From: Eledone cirrhosa
Lineage: Eukaryota
Length of the DNA: 64,000 bases
Assembly: GCA_964016885.1 (NCBI GenBank)
Contig: OZ024746.1
Span: 76,632,001-76,696,000 of the forward strand
Reading direction: 5' to 3'
Below, piece by piece: positions 1 to 24,904 of the stretch; position 1 is the stretch's first letter, and each line of letters opens with the position of its first letter. Made by a program: the position numbers and the translations under genes. Under the pieces are notes generated by a model. The model saw only the letters and a list, made by a program, of their open reading frames with translations. It ran no database searches and was not told where the DNA came from.

Positions 1-1479
1 CTATATCTCTTTCTCACTTCTCATTCTCTGGAAGAAATTGGTTGTTTCTAACCTGGAATGTTAAACCATTCAGGACTCCCTCAGCATTCCAACATAATTT
101 TAAATAAGAACCATATGTTCAGATACTATCTTAGTAAACCCCTAAAAATTCTTCATTAATTGAAATAAAATGTATTTCATTGAAGGGCAAATAGCTTACC
201 TGAAAGAAAATTTCAATTTATAATTATCAACAGTAGTTTTCAGAGCATACATTAATTCTATGACAATAGGCTTGGCTAACTTGTAATGTGGCATATAGCC
301 TGCAAGCTCTAATCAAACAAATCTATCTACAGTCCAGTTGAAATTAATCAAACTGATAATGATTCACTGACTTAACTAACACAATAGATGTGGCACAAGC
401 CAGCAAGGGAGAGTCTTAATAAGCATTTTTCCTGCTAGAAATAACAGCTAAATTCCCTCAAATCATACCCTATCAATTAAAAAAAGGTGATGTAATATGT
501 GGTATGTTTTAAGCATTTAATCTTGGCAGAGCCCATTCTTCACTCGGTCTGAACAGAGCTGATTTCTTCCAGACACAAATAAAGAAATGAGCAAGAGGTA
601 TAACGGAAGAATCGATTCCAGTATATGACTGGTAATTTATTTATAGACCTTGAAAGGATGAAAGTCAAAGTTGACCTCAGCAGGATTTGTTCTTAGAGGG
701 CAGAAATCTGAAACAAATACCACAAAACATTCTCTGACATTCTAACAACAGTGCCAATTTACTGCCTCGATGTAGTTCTAAATAAAGAAAAAGATATGAT
801 GGTCATACCTGAAAATATTTTGATCATAGGTCTGTGCAACCAGGGGGCTAAATAAATAGGCGGGCAAACAATTTTTTCACTAGTACAAAGCATTTTTTTT
901 TAAATATTTATCACCACTATAATTAACTACATAATTGTCCAATGCTAATTAAATTCATAACTTCAAAATACTGTGGAAGCTGAGATGAAACCTTTTTGAT
1001 AACAATAACTGGCTGATATCAAGCAGAGAATATGACAATACCTGAAGCTATGATCAGGGAGATTTCAGTTAGATGATAAAAGAAAAGATTCAGGAATTTC
1101 AGCAATGCATAAAAAAGGAAAGAAAAGAGGTCAATTGTCAGATCAGATGAAGGAAACTCTCAGTATCAACAAGGGAAACAGACACAACTCATAGAAGAAG
1201 GATGCAGGATTTAAAATCAGAAGGCTCAGAGCTCATCAGATACCGCAAAGCGTCCTGTCCGACTCTTTAACAATTCTGCCAATACACTGCCCTTGGACTG
1301 GTGCTTTATTTATCAACTTCAAAAGGATGAAAGGTAAAGCTGATCTCAGTGGGGTTTGAACACAGTAATTTGGAACAAATGCAGAATCATTGAATCCAAC
1401 ACTAAGGACCTTGCCAATTTACTGCCTAAAATCACATACAATATTATAACTTTGACACCAGATAGAAAACTTCTATCTA

Positions 1480-2090
1480 AGCTGATACCAGTCCTGTTGG
1501 AATGGATGCCATATTGGTACAAGACTCCAGAAGCAAATGTCATTATTTTCTATGCATCTGCATCCAAACAAAAGTATTGTCAAACTGAAAAAGAAGACCT
1601 TGCAGTGATATGGGCATGTGAAAATTTTGTATATATCTTTATGGAGGACCAATCAAAATTTTCAGACCCTCAACCATAATCCAGCACATGTACTGTCACC
1701 TCAACCAATGAAATGAAAACCTGAAATTTGCAGCTCACACCTATGCAGGTTTAGCTGGCCTCCTATGAAATTGCATCTTATACGTGGTTTCTCCTGAGTT
1801 TTAATGTAAAGACCCCAGTCCTATCATGAAAAGCAAGAACACAACACACCACCTAGTTCAGAAATCGAACATACAACATTATGATGATGAGTCAAACACT
1901 TTCACGATACCTATGTAGATTTAGCTGGCCTTCTATGAGGTTGCACCTCATAGGAGGTTCCTTGGATGTTTTAATGATAGAGGTCCCAGTCATATTGAAA
2001 AGCAATGTAAAATTAAGTGTCATGTTAAAGAACACAACACACTGTTCAGGCCAGAAGCTGAACCAACCTAATCTTGAGTCCAATACTAAC
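1480..2090. mobile_element. Degraded Ty3/gypsy pol remnant
   Basis: IIFYAS..KYCQTEKEDLAVIWACENF resembles gypsy RNase H. It is followed by two diverged tandem copies (1735-1850, 1905-2045) of a segment that may be integrase-derived. Confidence 0.5.
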
Positions 2091-3650
2091 CACTACCACA
2101 CACCATCTCAACCAACAGCAACAACAGTAAGATATCCCTTGTAAATCATGTTAATTTAGTAAGTATGCAATTCTGTAAAAGTACTGGGCACTGCTCAATC
2201 CCCTCCATTTTATGTCTGTTTTCTATACTGGCATAGATTGGACAGATCATCACACTGAGACTGGTCAGAGAACTATGTCTTGCTCTTATGGCTGAATGTC
2301 CCACTTTCACCATCACTTTCAAGAGTGTAATGAGTGCAATTTATCATGGCACCAGCACTACCATGAGAGTGTTTGTCAAGTCCTCGACAGGACCAAAGAA
2401 ATCCTCACTACTCTACAATGTCTACTCATCCACCACTGAGTGTTCCATTGTGTCACCAACACTCGAGAGGTTGTCTGATTCATTGGTAAAAAGAGACCTC
2501 TTGTACTAAATCATTTTTAAAAGGCATAAGTTTCATGGGGTTTGAATGACTAAGGAAAGAACTGCTGGACAAATTTTATGGGCTAAGCCAATCAGCAGGA
2601 GTCCCAGAGGCAGACCATGGGCAAAATGGTTGGTTAACATCCATAAGCTTGGTTGGTCTTGTATGGGTATCCAACTGGAAATGATAGCTTCTGATAAGAC
2701 ACTCAGGAAGGTGCCTGATGACTCTGCCCTAACAACCCTCTCAGGAATAAGCGAGCAAAAAAAAAAAGAAAAAAGACACAACACAAGTATCAAAATAACT
2801 GTAGTTTCTGACTTGAATCTTTTTCAGAGCTCATTTTAACTTGCCAAAATGCCAAACAAAACAGCTTATAGTTAAGGTCTGAAAAAAGCAAGATAAATAC
2901 ATATTGCTGTGCTGGTGTATTACTAAATATACTTTTGTTCAAATCCCCCCACCTATTTTCCAATCATCTTCAAGTGGCTAAGCTATACCGTATAGCAACT
3001 AGATGTCTTCTCTGACCTCACCCATCTCTCTCTTTAAATTTATCCTAATGTATAGTAAATAGTAGATTGAGGAAGACTGGCCATAGGAGCATTTATGTAA
3101 AACTATTTGTTGCATGAAAAAAAACAAAAAAAACTGAAAAGAATGTCATGTAAAGTCGAAATTTGAGCTACAGTGTCAAGATTAAAACAAAAATGGAATG
3201 CTTATTAGTGTAATCATGCCTATAGCACCCAACAGTCAGTATCATCCAAATGCCAAAGTCAGTTTTAAAACAAGCTCCTATGTACTTTGAAAAAAAAAAA
3301 TCCACTCTGAACCAGATCTCCAGTATAAGAATAGTCAATGAGCCATAGTGTGTTTCACTTTCACACCATCTGTGTCAGAAGGCCTGAAAACCTTCTTCCT
3401 CGAAGCCATAAAAATGTTTTAATGTGCCTAGATATGGAATTAAAATTACCCCAATTATTGTTTGCTCAACAAACTCTACTCAGTTAACCACTCAGCAGTC
3501 AAACATCATATGAAAAGACACTCAAGATAACAGCATGGAATATCTGAACAATAAGCAACAATCACTCAATAGAACTCAAGATAATACTTAAATCAGGCTA
3601 GAATTTGTGACACACACTTTGTGAATTGTCTAGCAAGCAGCAAGAACTTA

Positions 3651-4646
3651 CTGTATATATTCAAATATAAACCAGCCCCTTATTTCATGACCTAGAAACG
3701 GGCAAAAATTCAAACCCTGCTTATAAGCCAAGGTAGCTAACCAACATTATGTTTAGATAACATGGTTTTGAAATACTTCTTCACCCACTTGCTCCTGAGA
3801 GGGACATGTGGGCAGAGTCCTCAAACACTCCTTCCAGCGGGTCCTGTTAGAAATAACTGTCTCAAATTGATCTAGCCGGATCTCCAAGCGAGACCAGCCA
3901 AACTCATGGATGTTATTCAACCATCTCGCTCAGAGTCTACTCCTGGGTCTCCTGCAAGTTGGTTTTTGCCCATAAAATCTGTCCAGCGATTCTTTCTTGA
4001 GACATTCAACCACATGCCTGTAATATCAGAGCTGTGATCTCTCAATTTGGAGAAGTAGTGGCCCTACCTGGAGTGACAAATTTCCAAGCTACACACCTCT
4101 AAAGACTCTTTGGAGGAACCCCATTTCGGCCACTTGTATTCGCGATTGTATTCTTTCAGTCATTACCCATGACCTTTGAAAGCAAGCAATCAAATAACAA
4201 AACATTGTATAGGGATTCATAGAGTAGAAAAGGGAGGAAGAGATAACAGGCAAAATAGAGGGGGAGGCAGAGTGAGAAAAAGAGGGTGAGATAAGGAGAA
4301 AAGATAGGAGCACAAGAGAAATAAAATACAAGTCAGAATTAAGATTTAAATAAGATTGAAAAAAAAAAGTATTAAGTCAAAAAAACAGCATGCATGCATA
4401 TGTGAGCCATGTAAGAATATCTATACATTAAAAAGTTAAAATTATAAAAATTTGTTAGAAATATTTTCAAGGGAATAAGTAAATAACTCTAATGACAATG
4501 TAGAAGGTTTCCTCATAAAATATCACTCCAGATATTTTAACACCTTGTTTACATAAAACAATGACCTCGAATATAAGCTAACCCCCATTTTACCATCAAT
4601 TTTCTTTTTGTCACATATCTCTTGGTGTATATACAAGTATATACAG
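3651..4646. mobile_element. Tc1/pogo-type MITE interrupted by an RTE fragment
   Basis: TA-CTGTATATA...TATATACAG-TA termini; RTE remnant at 3780-4180 inside. Confidence 0.45.
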
Positions 4647-7600
4647 TACATCTATATCTAGAGAACTCTGCCAATAACAGACATGCAACTGTAAGAAGTT
4701 GCTTTATCTCCAAAAATAATTTTATCTAACCATATTTCCATATTTATAATAAAATACACTGTATTTCAATTAATGAACAATTTTGAAGGACTTACTAAAA
4801 TTATCAATTATTTCATTACTAAGTAACTTAACATATGGTTCTTATATAAAATCATGTTGGAAGGTTTTAATTTAAAATGAATGGTTTTTGTTTCATAGAA
4901 GCAGAGCCAGTTTCATATCAAAAGGGTTAAGTTAGGCAAGAACTAGTGATACACCATCAACAGTTGTAAATCCTCTTGCTGACAGCAAGCAGTTATGCCT
5001 ATTTCTAGAGAAGTCTGCTAATAACTGACATGCAACTGTAAGAAGTGCCTTATCTTTAAACACAAGTATATCTGAAGACTTTCTAGCATTTAAGCCATGT
5101 AATCCCTTATTACACTACCAAATTCTAATTAGTCATTGTCAAAGTATCTGTGAAAATGAGGACTAATTGATGTAGTTTAGGAGCAGTTTTATGTTGATCA
5201 TAAAGCCACTATAAAAAGTATCAACATCACAACACCGAAAAGTACAGAAAATCAACTCATAATGCTACACAAGTTATTCACAACTATCCACCACATCTGA
5301 CACACTGGAGTATAGAAGTATGGACACAAAACAGTTAATCCCACTTTGCCAGATGTTACAAAAGTGCATCAGGAAAATATTGACATAGCATCTATAAAGT
5401 ATTTATTGACCTGGCTATCTCCAATGATTAGTTTCTAGAATATCTTGATATACAGAGATTTGTGTCTACACAGACTGGTAATGTAAGGTGTTATACACAG
5501 TGTGATAATTCCCCAGTTTTTTGTTTTTTTGCATTGATTTTTTATAACTGGAGAGTTATATGACTGTCACAATCCTGTTTAAAATATTGTTTGCAGCAAT
5601 ATTAGACAAAGTTCTTCTGCACAATCAAGGAAGAAAATATACAACACTCCCAGTCTAAAATTAACAACTTACATTTCTTGAGACTTCAGGCCCCAACCAA
5701 AGCGTATCATTTTGTTTTAACCTTTTAGCATTTAAACCTGCCGTATCCGGCCAGGATTCACGCACTTCTTTCTGTTCAAACCAGCTGTAACTGGCCACTC
5801 ATACTGATGTTAAGGTATTGTTCTCAAAATAAATAATATCAAAATCTCATAGATTTGATATTATGTGAGGTAAAGCCTATACCACAAAAATACAATATAT
5901 ATAGAGTAATGTAAATGCTAAAGGGCTAAGAAGACATTATGTATCACTGAATCCAGCAATTGTCATATATACAATCGAGCTTATTATCATCATCATCATC
6001 ATCATCATCGTTTAACATCCATTTTCCACACTAACATGGGTCTGGACGGGAATTGTCCCACTTGAGGCAAGATTGGTTGTCTTGCTCAGGACTGTCTGGC
6101 GGGTTTTCTATGGCTGGATGCCCTTCCTAACACCAACCACATTTACAGTGTGGACTGGGAGGTTTTTACCGTGTTACCTACATGGCCACATTACAGCATG
6201 GACTCTTTTTTTGTCACGACACCTACACGACCTCATTTATTTAGGACTGGATGTTGTGGTACCAACATAGCTTTACATCGAAAGGGGTGGTGTAGATGGC
6301 GGTGGGGGTAGGGTTAGTGGGACGGGGGTGTATTTTGGTTAAGAGGTGCCTACTGACTGTAGGTTTCGCTTTGTACTTGGGCAAGGCGGGTCTTCTGTAT
6401 TACTATGTAGCGCCAAAGATCTCGGTCCAGTGACATTGTCTTGGAGAGGTGTGTGTGAAGTCGGATTTTATTAACATCAATTACAATAATTTTTTTTCAT
6501 ATTTCCCTTTAATTATTATCAAACACAATTTAACTGTAAACAACTTTTACTAATAAATCATTTTGAAATTATATATACAAAATTCATGTAGACATGTGGA
6601 AAAGTGATAAAGTGATGTCCCAGCAATGTTGTAATATTTCCTTTTCTTTTACTAATAAATCACTTGGAATTTACATATACAGATCAATCAGGTACCATGA
6701 ATTTATTGTCCTATTTCCATTTCACTGCCCGTCTGTGTTTTGGTAATTGCCAAAATTCTAAATCTATTTGTATAGAGTGAGGAAATGAGAATGGTTCAAT
6801 GGCTGAGCAGAATATCACTCAAAGAGGAAGACAATTGCAGAGGATAATGAGAATCGAGCAAGTAAAGAATGTTAGGAAGAGAAATGGAATGAAATGGTTG
6901 AGTCATGTGTTGAGAAAGGATGAAAGTGATTGGATTGGAGGAGTGATGTAACTGAATGGGGAATGAAATAAGGGGGAAATAAGGAAGATTGTTTAGAAAT
7001 GATGGTATGGGAAAGGTTGGTGGGGGAAAATGCAGCCGATAGGACAAAACAGAGAAGTTTATCACTGAGCCCTACAAGGCTAACCCCTGCTCTACATAGT
7101 GAGTAAAGCCTTGTTGACAACTTCTTAATTACAATTAAACACTAGCTCTAAGTTACAAACCTGACAAGAGCTAATCAAAAATAAATTTTAGGCTTAGCAG
7201 CAGCAATATGGCGATTAGGGACTGTACAAACCACCACTAAACAGAATAGTTGCAGAATAACTGAAGAACTCTGCTGTCTTTGATAAATCAACTTCAAAAA
7301 TATATTTATAACAAGTACTCTATCAGCAGCATCCCCATTCTCACCAATGCCCCAACTTTGTTTCCCTCCTCCATTAACTTTAGCCATGTCTTTCTTTGTT
7401 TCCCTCTTCCTCTATTTCTACAACTCCTCTCACCCAGTCACTTTCATCTTTCCTTAGCACATGCCACAACCATCTCATTAGAATTCTTTTCACAACACTC
7501 ATCACTGGCTCTATTTTCACCATCCCCTGCAAGTTTATAATTGAATAGCAAGCATTCTACGTGAACGTCTGGAATTGCCTGACCACCATCTACCATCCTA

Positions 7601-8536
7601 AATACCCTTCTACCAACAGCTATTAACTACCTGAAAACACCTGTGGATCAAAATAATAAAAAAAACTATTTATATTTATCTAAAAACATTCTATCAAAAT
7701 TTTATGTAATAACTTAAGTTATGCTACAAACACCAGCTTCGTAATGAGAAAGTCCCATTGTTAAATCTATCTGAATTCTTCATTATTTTTTTAATTATTT
7801 GAAAATTATAGGCAGTGGATTCCATTAAAAACATGGTAACAGAAGAGTTCAATTCATGCTCAGAACAAAGATACAGAAAGTGACAACAAACCTGTTTTTT
7901 TTGTTGTTGTTTTTGTTATTTTTTTGGTTTTAAAAGTGTTAATGCAGCTTTGTTAGTGGAATCTTTTATCTCAAAACAGCTATGTAAGTGATATTAACTT
8001 CATACGCCTGTTCATTAAGGCTAAACAGAGACACTTGAATAAAATATTTAAATTTCCTAACTAGATTACAGCTGGCAAATTTTTTTATATTATTTAGTGC
8101 GGAAAACGCTATGCTATAAATAAAATCAAACGTTGGATTTCCAAATTTAATTTAACATCCGTGAGTGCAAATGGACTGAAAATTTTCTTTCTACTAGTAG
8201 AATTGATAAAGAAAATAATTTATGAAACATGGAATGTATATTTTCTCTATAAAAAAAAAAAAATCACTCAATTTAAAAATTTAATATAAAAACTTAAAGA
8301 CAAATAAAAGCAAACAAAAAAATTCATTAGTTATTTTAAAAAACCATCTTTACAGAGTCAACATCTTCCAAATTTCGTATTCTTTTATCGCTCAAAATAA
8401 ACCTCTGATAGATAAATGGACTAGATGCATTTAATATTAGGTCTTGCGTTTTTGTATTCAATTCCCAGAAATTGACATTTCTTCTTCTAAAGCCGATGAA
8501 ATATAATTCAACTGGGTTAAAATTTAAATCATATTC

Positions 8537-8576
<40 letters not shown>

Positions 8577-9980
8577 GAGGGGGACATTTGACAAACATTT
8601 CCATTTTTCAAAAAATGCAAATAAATATCGAAGTCTAACTTTTAAAAAATATTTCAAAACTATAAATAAAACGTATGAGTAAGGTGGTAGATCCTAGACC
8701 TAACTAGCCTATAACCGTGACGACTCGTCCAACCCATGCCTGCATGGAAAGCGAACGTAAAATGATGAAGAAAAAGAAATGTTTACAAATTGAGTAACCC
8801 CCCTCACGCCTTTATAAAACTGGACAAATATATCAGAAAAAGGAATTACTGAAGACTGCATTTATGGTGGTGGAAGGTGACCAAAACAGTACAACACCCC
8901 AATCTAAATTGCCTTTCATGTTTAGTTTCTCCCCCCTAGGCTGTGAGTTCAAATCTTGCCGAGGTTGATAAAATAACTTTTACTAATAACAATGGATTTA
9001 ATCGACACAACCCCATACCCAAAAGATTTAAACAATGGATATTATAGCTTCCCTTGAATCAGACTGGTGAGTCACGCCTCCGAGACAGTATCACACAAAA
9101 TTATAATGCTATGCCATGAGCGACTTTCAGCCGCTCAAGATCGATAAAATAAGTACCAGGTGTTGATTAAGCCTAAGGTCAGTCATAACGGAGCAGACAT
9201 GATGGAAGGGGTCCCAACCATGACCATCCCACCCATTTCGGTCCTCGCGTTTATGAAGAACTACATTATCTGAATGTGTCCTGTTCAAGACAATAGCGTA
9301 TTAATTCGAGATATATTTGACTGTTGTTTCTAGCATATCAAGTGACCACTTAACCACACATGCCCTCCTCGCAAATATTACCAACAAATACTCTGGTTTC
9401 ACCTCACCCCGATCGGATATTTCGCCAAGAAATAACTATGCCAACAAATATCTCATTATTAGAACAGTAGTAATGGGAGACTAAATAAATGCCTTACGTT
9501 TTCATTTTTTTTCATTCAACTGTAGCTAGAATCGATAAAATAAGTATCAGTAATACACTGATATCGATCACCTTTGCTCACTTTCCTTAAAGAAATGACT
9601 GTGTTGTGTTGGCAGAGGAAATCGTTATTTCCATCAATATTTTTTAATCTCAATCTAATATTTTGGGAAGAATCGTTAGAGCGTCGAAAGAAAAAATGTC
9701 ATGCGGTATTTGTCCCGGCTCTGTACGTTCCAGGTTCAAATTCCGCGGAGATCAACTTCGCCTTTCATCTTTTCAGAGTCGATAAAGTAGCAGTCAAAAA
9801 CAGGGGTCGATTTCTTAAACTAAACCCAATCCGAACTAACCATCACAATTTCTAGTCTTGTGTATGTTAGAAATAAGTAAGTTAAACGAAAATAAAGAAA
9901 TGTCTTTACGGTACCTAAAAGGCTAAGTAGGATAATAATCTCCATACACACACACAATATCTATTATTATACACACTCAC

Positions 9981-10015
<35 letters not shown>

Positions 10016-10024
10016 CTCATTCTT

Positions 10025-10060
10025 TCTTCTGATGAAGGACTAATGTCCGAAAGGTTAAGA
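10025..10060 (+). ncRNA. Second minimal hammerhead-like motif in a (TA)n-flanked ~130-bp island (10013-10142)
   Basis: TCTT-CTGATGA-A-GGAC taat GTCC-GAAA-GGTTA-AGA. Core and stem II are clear; stems I and III are weak. Confidence 0.5.
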
Positions 10061-10410
10061 CCCTCTTCCTGCTATATCAAGCTTTAACCTAATATATACC
10101 TTCCATATACTGTACCGATTGTGTTATTTGTGTTTACCTTTTATATATATATATATATGTGTGTATATAGGGGTTGGTGATTTATGATCGAATAGACAGA
10201 ATAATTGTTTCTACGTTAGGCACAAGGCCGGCAATTACCCAGTGCATTACTGGTAGAATAATAATAATCAAATATGAACTGAGTGAGCACTCAATACATG
10301 TAAGCAGAGATCAAGATATATTTTCCGACGAAAAAAATGTGGCTTGAGTTTTGATGTTAATTACTACCACCTTTTTCTTAGGAAAGTGTGTCTGTCTGTG
10401 TGTACACATA

Positions 10411-10519
10411 CACACAACCGTGTGTATATATATATATATATATATATACACAACCGTGTGTATATATATATATATATATACACAACCGTGTATATATATA
10501 TATATATATATACACAACC

Positions 10520-10556
<37 letters not shown>

Positions 10557-10559
10557 ACC

Positions 10560-10600
<41 letters not shown>

Positions 10601-10805
10601 ACCGTGTGTGTATATATACACACACAACCGTGTGTGTATATATATACACACATACAACCGTGTATATATATATATACACACATACAACCGTGTATATATA
10701 TACACACATACAACCGTGTATATATATATATACACACATACAACCGTGTATATATATATATACACACATACAACCGTGTATATATATATATACACACATA
10801 CAACC

Positions 10806-10845
<40 letters not shown>
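10411..10845. repeat. Compound minisatellite: 13 x CAACCGTG separated by variable (TA)n/(CA)n
   Basis: Direct count of 13 CAACCGTG cores; the later units settle at ~30 bp. Confidence 0.95.
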
Positions 10846-10847
<2 letters not shown>

Positions 10848-11208
10848 CAGCCGAACCTGAAAAACATGAATCAGATTTGAACACAGAAACAGTTTTTTCT
10901 CGTTCCCAACACTGTTCTCTATTTCGATTTGCAATCTCAAAACTCGCATTATGGATATGGGGAATTGCATGTATTTATATTATAATTCATCTCCCCCGGA
11001 AGAACATTTCGAATTATCAACAGAAAAACCGTGGTGTGGACAACTCGTGATGCAATGTAAAAATGCTACAAGACCACTTGTAGATTGTTAAAACGCATAC
11101 AAGGAAACCATTCCCAGATTAAATAATGCAGTTGAAATCTAGCATATGTATGCGATGCTTTTCGTCCATACAAATTGAAATAGAAACGGTTTGATCTTAG
11201 AGAAACAC

Positions 11209-11267
<59 letters not shown>

Positions 11268-13199
11268 AATATATATATATATATATAAATATATAAATAT
11301 ATAATGAGCCGATCGCCAGATCGGACCAAAGGCACAATGTTTCCATTGGTGTGTATGTGTACACACACAGCTCTATCAATGAGTCGTTCGCATTTAGTAG
11401 AGATAAGCATTCAATATCATTTCGTTTTCGTTTTATTTTGTTTGGGGTTTTTTTCAGTATATATGACTATATATTACACATATACACGAAAGAGTAAATA
11501 CAAATGTACGGCTAATAAACAGTGAAAGATACGAATCAATTTCAATGAATTCGTAAAGAATATTAAATAAAATGACGGCAACCTGAAATTTCTTTTTATC
11601 CATCGATGTTGTAGATTTGTGTTTTTAATCTGACTGTAGAATAAGTGTAATCGTCAAATTATATATATTTAAAAAATATTTCTTTAATCAATACTTATCG
11701 TTTTAAGTTAAACGAAATTAAAGCCACGGTTTTTGGCCAGAAGAAATGTCACATTTCATTTTAAATGCCATGAATGATGATAAAGCAATTAAATACATAT
11801 TGTTTGTGGCTTAGTAAATGACAATACATGACTTTTACATAACACAATATATAATAGAATTATACGTATGTGAAAAAACGTGTTTTACTTAATATTTTAA
11901 AACAATCAAACAAATTGATTGAAGTTTTCCCTGTGACTTTCTTTTCCTTCATTCGTATGTGAATGCATGTGTAAACATATGTCTATTATTTACAATTGAT
12001 TCCTGAATATAGTTATTACATAAGTCTAAATAATTAGATAAATATTAGCACAGGGAGAATAAAAAGTGAAGAAAATATAAACGACTTCTTCGTTTGATAT
12101 CCAACATTCATCAGATGAATGCATAGCTTATTAACTTCATTGAAGGTTGCCATCGGGATGGGGAAGCTTAGCAAGCAGGATGAGTTGGTCGTATATCAGA
12201 TATTTATTACAATTTTGTCAGAAAACAGACACACACACACACACACACCAAAGGAATTTGAATTATTATTTTTATTAATAGATTTTCTTCCATATTCACA
12301 TTGTGATTAAAGTAATATAAATAAAATAAATGTACTCGACTAGCGTGGATGAAGCTGTCGGATGTTGCACCAAAACCCGATAAAAAGCCATCAACTGCGA
12401 CAAATACACATACATTCATATTGAAATTAGATAAGAACAAACTAAAAAGGTGGATCCGTATAAAAACCTAAATACATCTGTGAGTCAAGAATGTTTGCCC
12501 CACCATTAGAAATTTATTTATCGACATACTGTTGAAATTTTATTGAGTAGTTTGATTTGTTTACTTACTTAAAGTAAGAGGAAAAGCCAAGATAATGTTA
12601 TCATTGCATTAAAGAAAAAGTAGATACAGCAGACCATCTGTCATTCTGAAAAATTGTCTAACTGCCCCAACACACCCTCAACTATTACTTCTTGTAACGA
12701 AAAAAAAATGACGATAGAAACATTATTTGTTCATTTATAGCCTCTGAATGACAGAAAAAGCGATAGGGATATGTCCAAAGCCTGTGTCCAAACGAACTTA
12801 AAAAACCTGCACAGCGCGAGTAAAATCTAATATTTCCCCTTAATAAAGAGAATATTTTAAGATTGTTATGATAGTTTGCTAAAGAAAAAAATACGGAGAG
12901 AAAGTTCTTACAGAATATTCATAAAATTATCGTGTGTGCACAGAATGAGAAAAGTGCTTACCTTAATGTGTCATTCATTAATCAACGAGTATATCATTAC
13001 TAAGCCATTGTGAGGAGCGACAAGGCCAGTTTCAATGTGCAGTGTGCTGCCATCAGACGACGTATACAATTGTAATATTTTTTATTTTAAAGTATCATTA
13101 TGATTTTACATTTGATAATTTTTAAACAATATGCGAAAATTATCAAAAAATAATTAAAATTGGTTATTCGGTTTGAAATTTATTGCTCGAGATTTCATA

Positions 13200-13312
13200 C
13201 GCCATTCCGGTATTAAGTCTCACGTGATCTACCTACGTCCTTTTTAGACTGGGTTCTTCCATTAGGTAGTATATATTTCGGTGCTGGTGATCAGAATCGA
13301 AAACAATCCAAA
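13200..13312 (+). promoter_or_regulatory. eEF2 core promoter and 5'UTR with TCT/5'TOP pyrimidine tract
   Basis: TCCTTTTT at 13238-13245 about 70 nt before the ATG; palindromic E-box TCACGTGA 13220-13227; ETS-like TTCCGG 13205-13210. This layout is typical of translation-machinery genes. The TSS is inferred. Confidence 0.6.
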
Positions 13313-21403
<8,091 letters not shown>

Positions 21404-21865
21404 CTTGACTTAGTGATTTAGCTCATATTATGAAGCACACTCTAACATCAAATCTCTTTGACCTCTGCAAATATTTTTTGGGGTGAATCCAAAAGCTTAT
21501 GTACTAGCTTGTGACAAATTAAAAAAACATTTCTCCAACATATAATTTTTATTTATTTATGGCTATGCTTACCTTAAGTGTGTTGCCAGGGCTGAAAATC
21601 AAATTTACATTAATTTACAAGGAATAGGCGGAAATATTCCATTTAAATGCATTGTACTTGTAGGGAGATATGGATGGAGCAGTTAATGTTTTAAGGCACA
21701 TTTAAATAAATGTGCAGACAGGTTTGCTTAAGTTCTGGTATACCACTGACGGTGCTTTCAGAATTTGATTTAAAATTGGTTGGTAAGTTATTTGGTGATT
21801 TTGGTAAATGTTCACTAAGGTACACTATGACTAATGTGAATATTTCGGGGGGGGGGGGGGGGTAG

Positions 21866-24904
<3,039 letters not shown>

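Noticed and set aside
4657-5055. ~53-bp diverged direct repeats around a MITE
   Set aside because: Too long for a TSD and too short for LTRs; probably an old local duplication.
10411-10845. CRISPR-like repeat/spacer look
   Set aside because: The core is only 8-12 bp, spacers are dinucleotide repeats, the context is eukaryotic and there are no cas genes.
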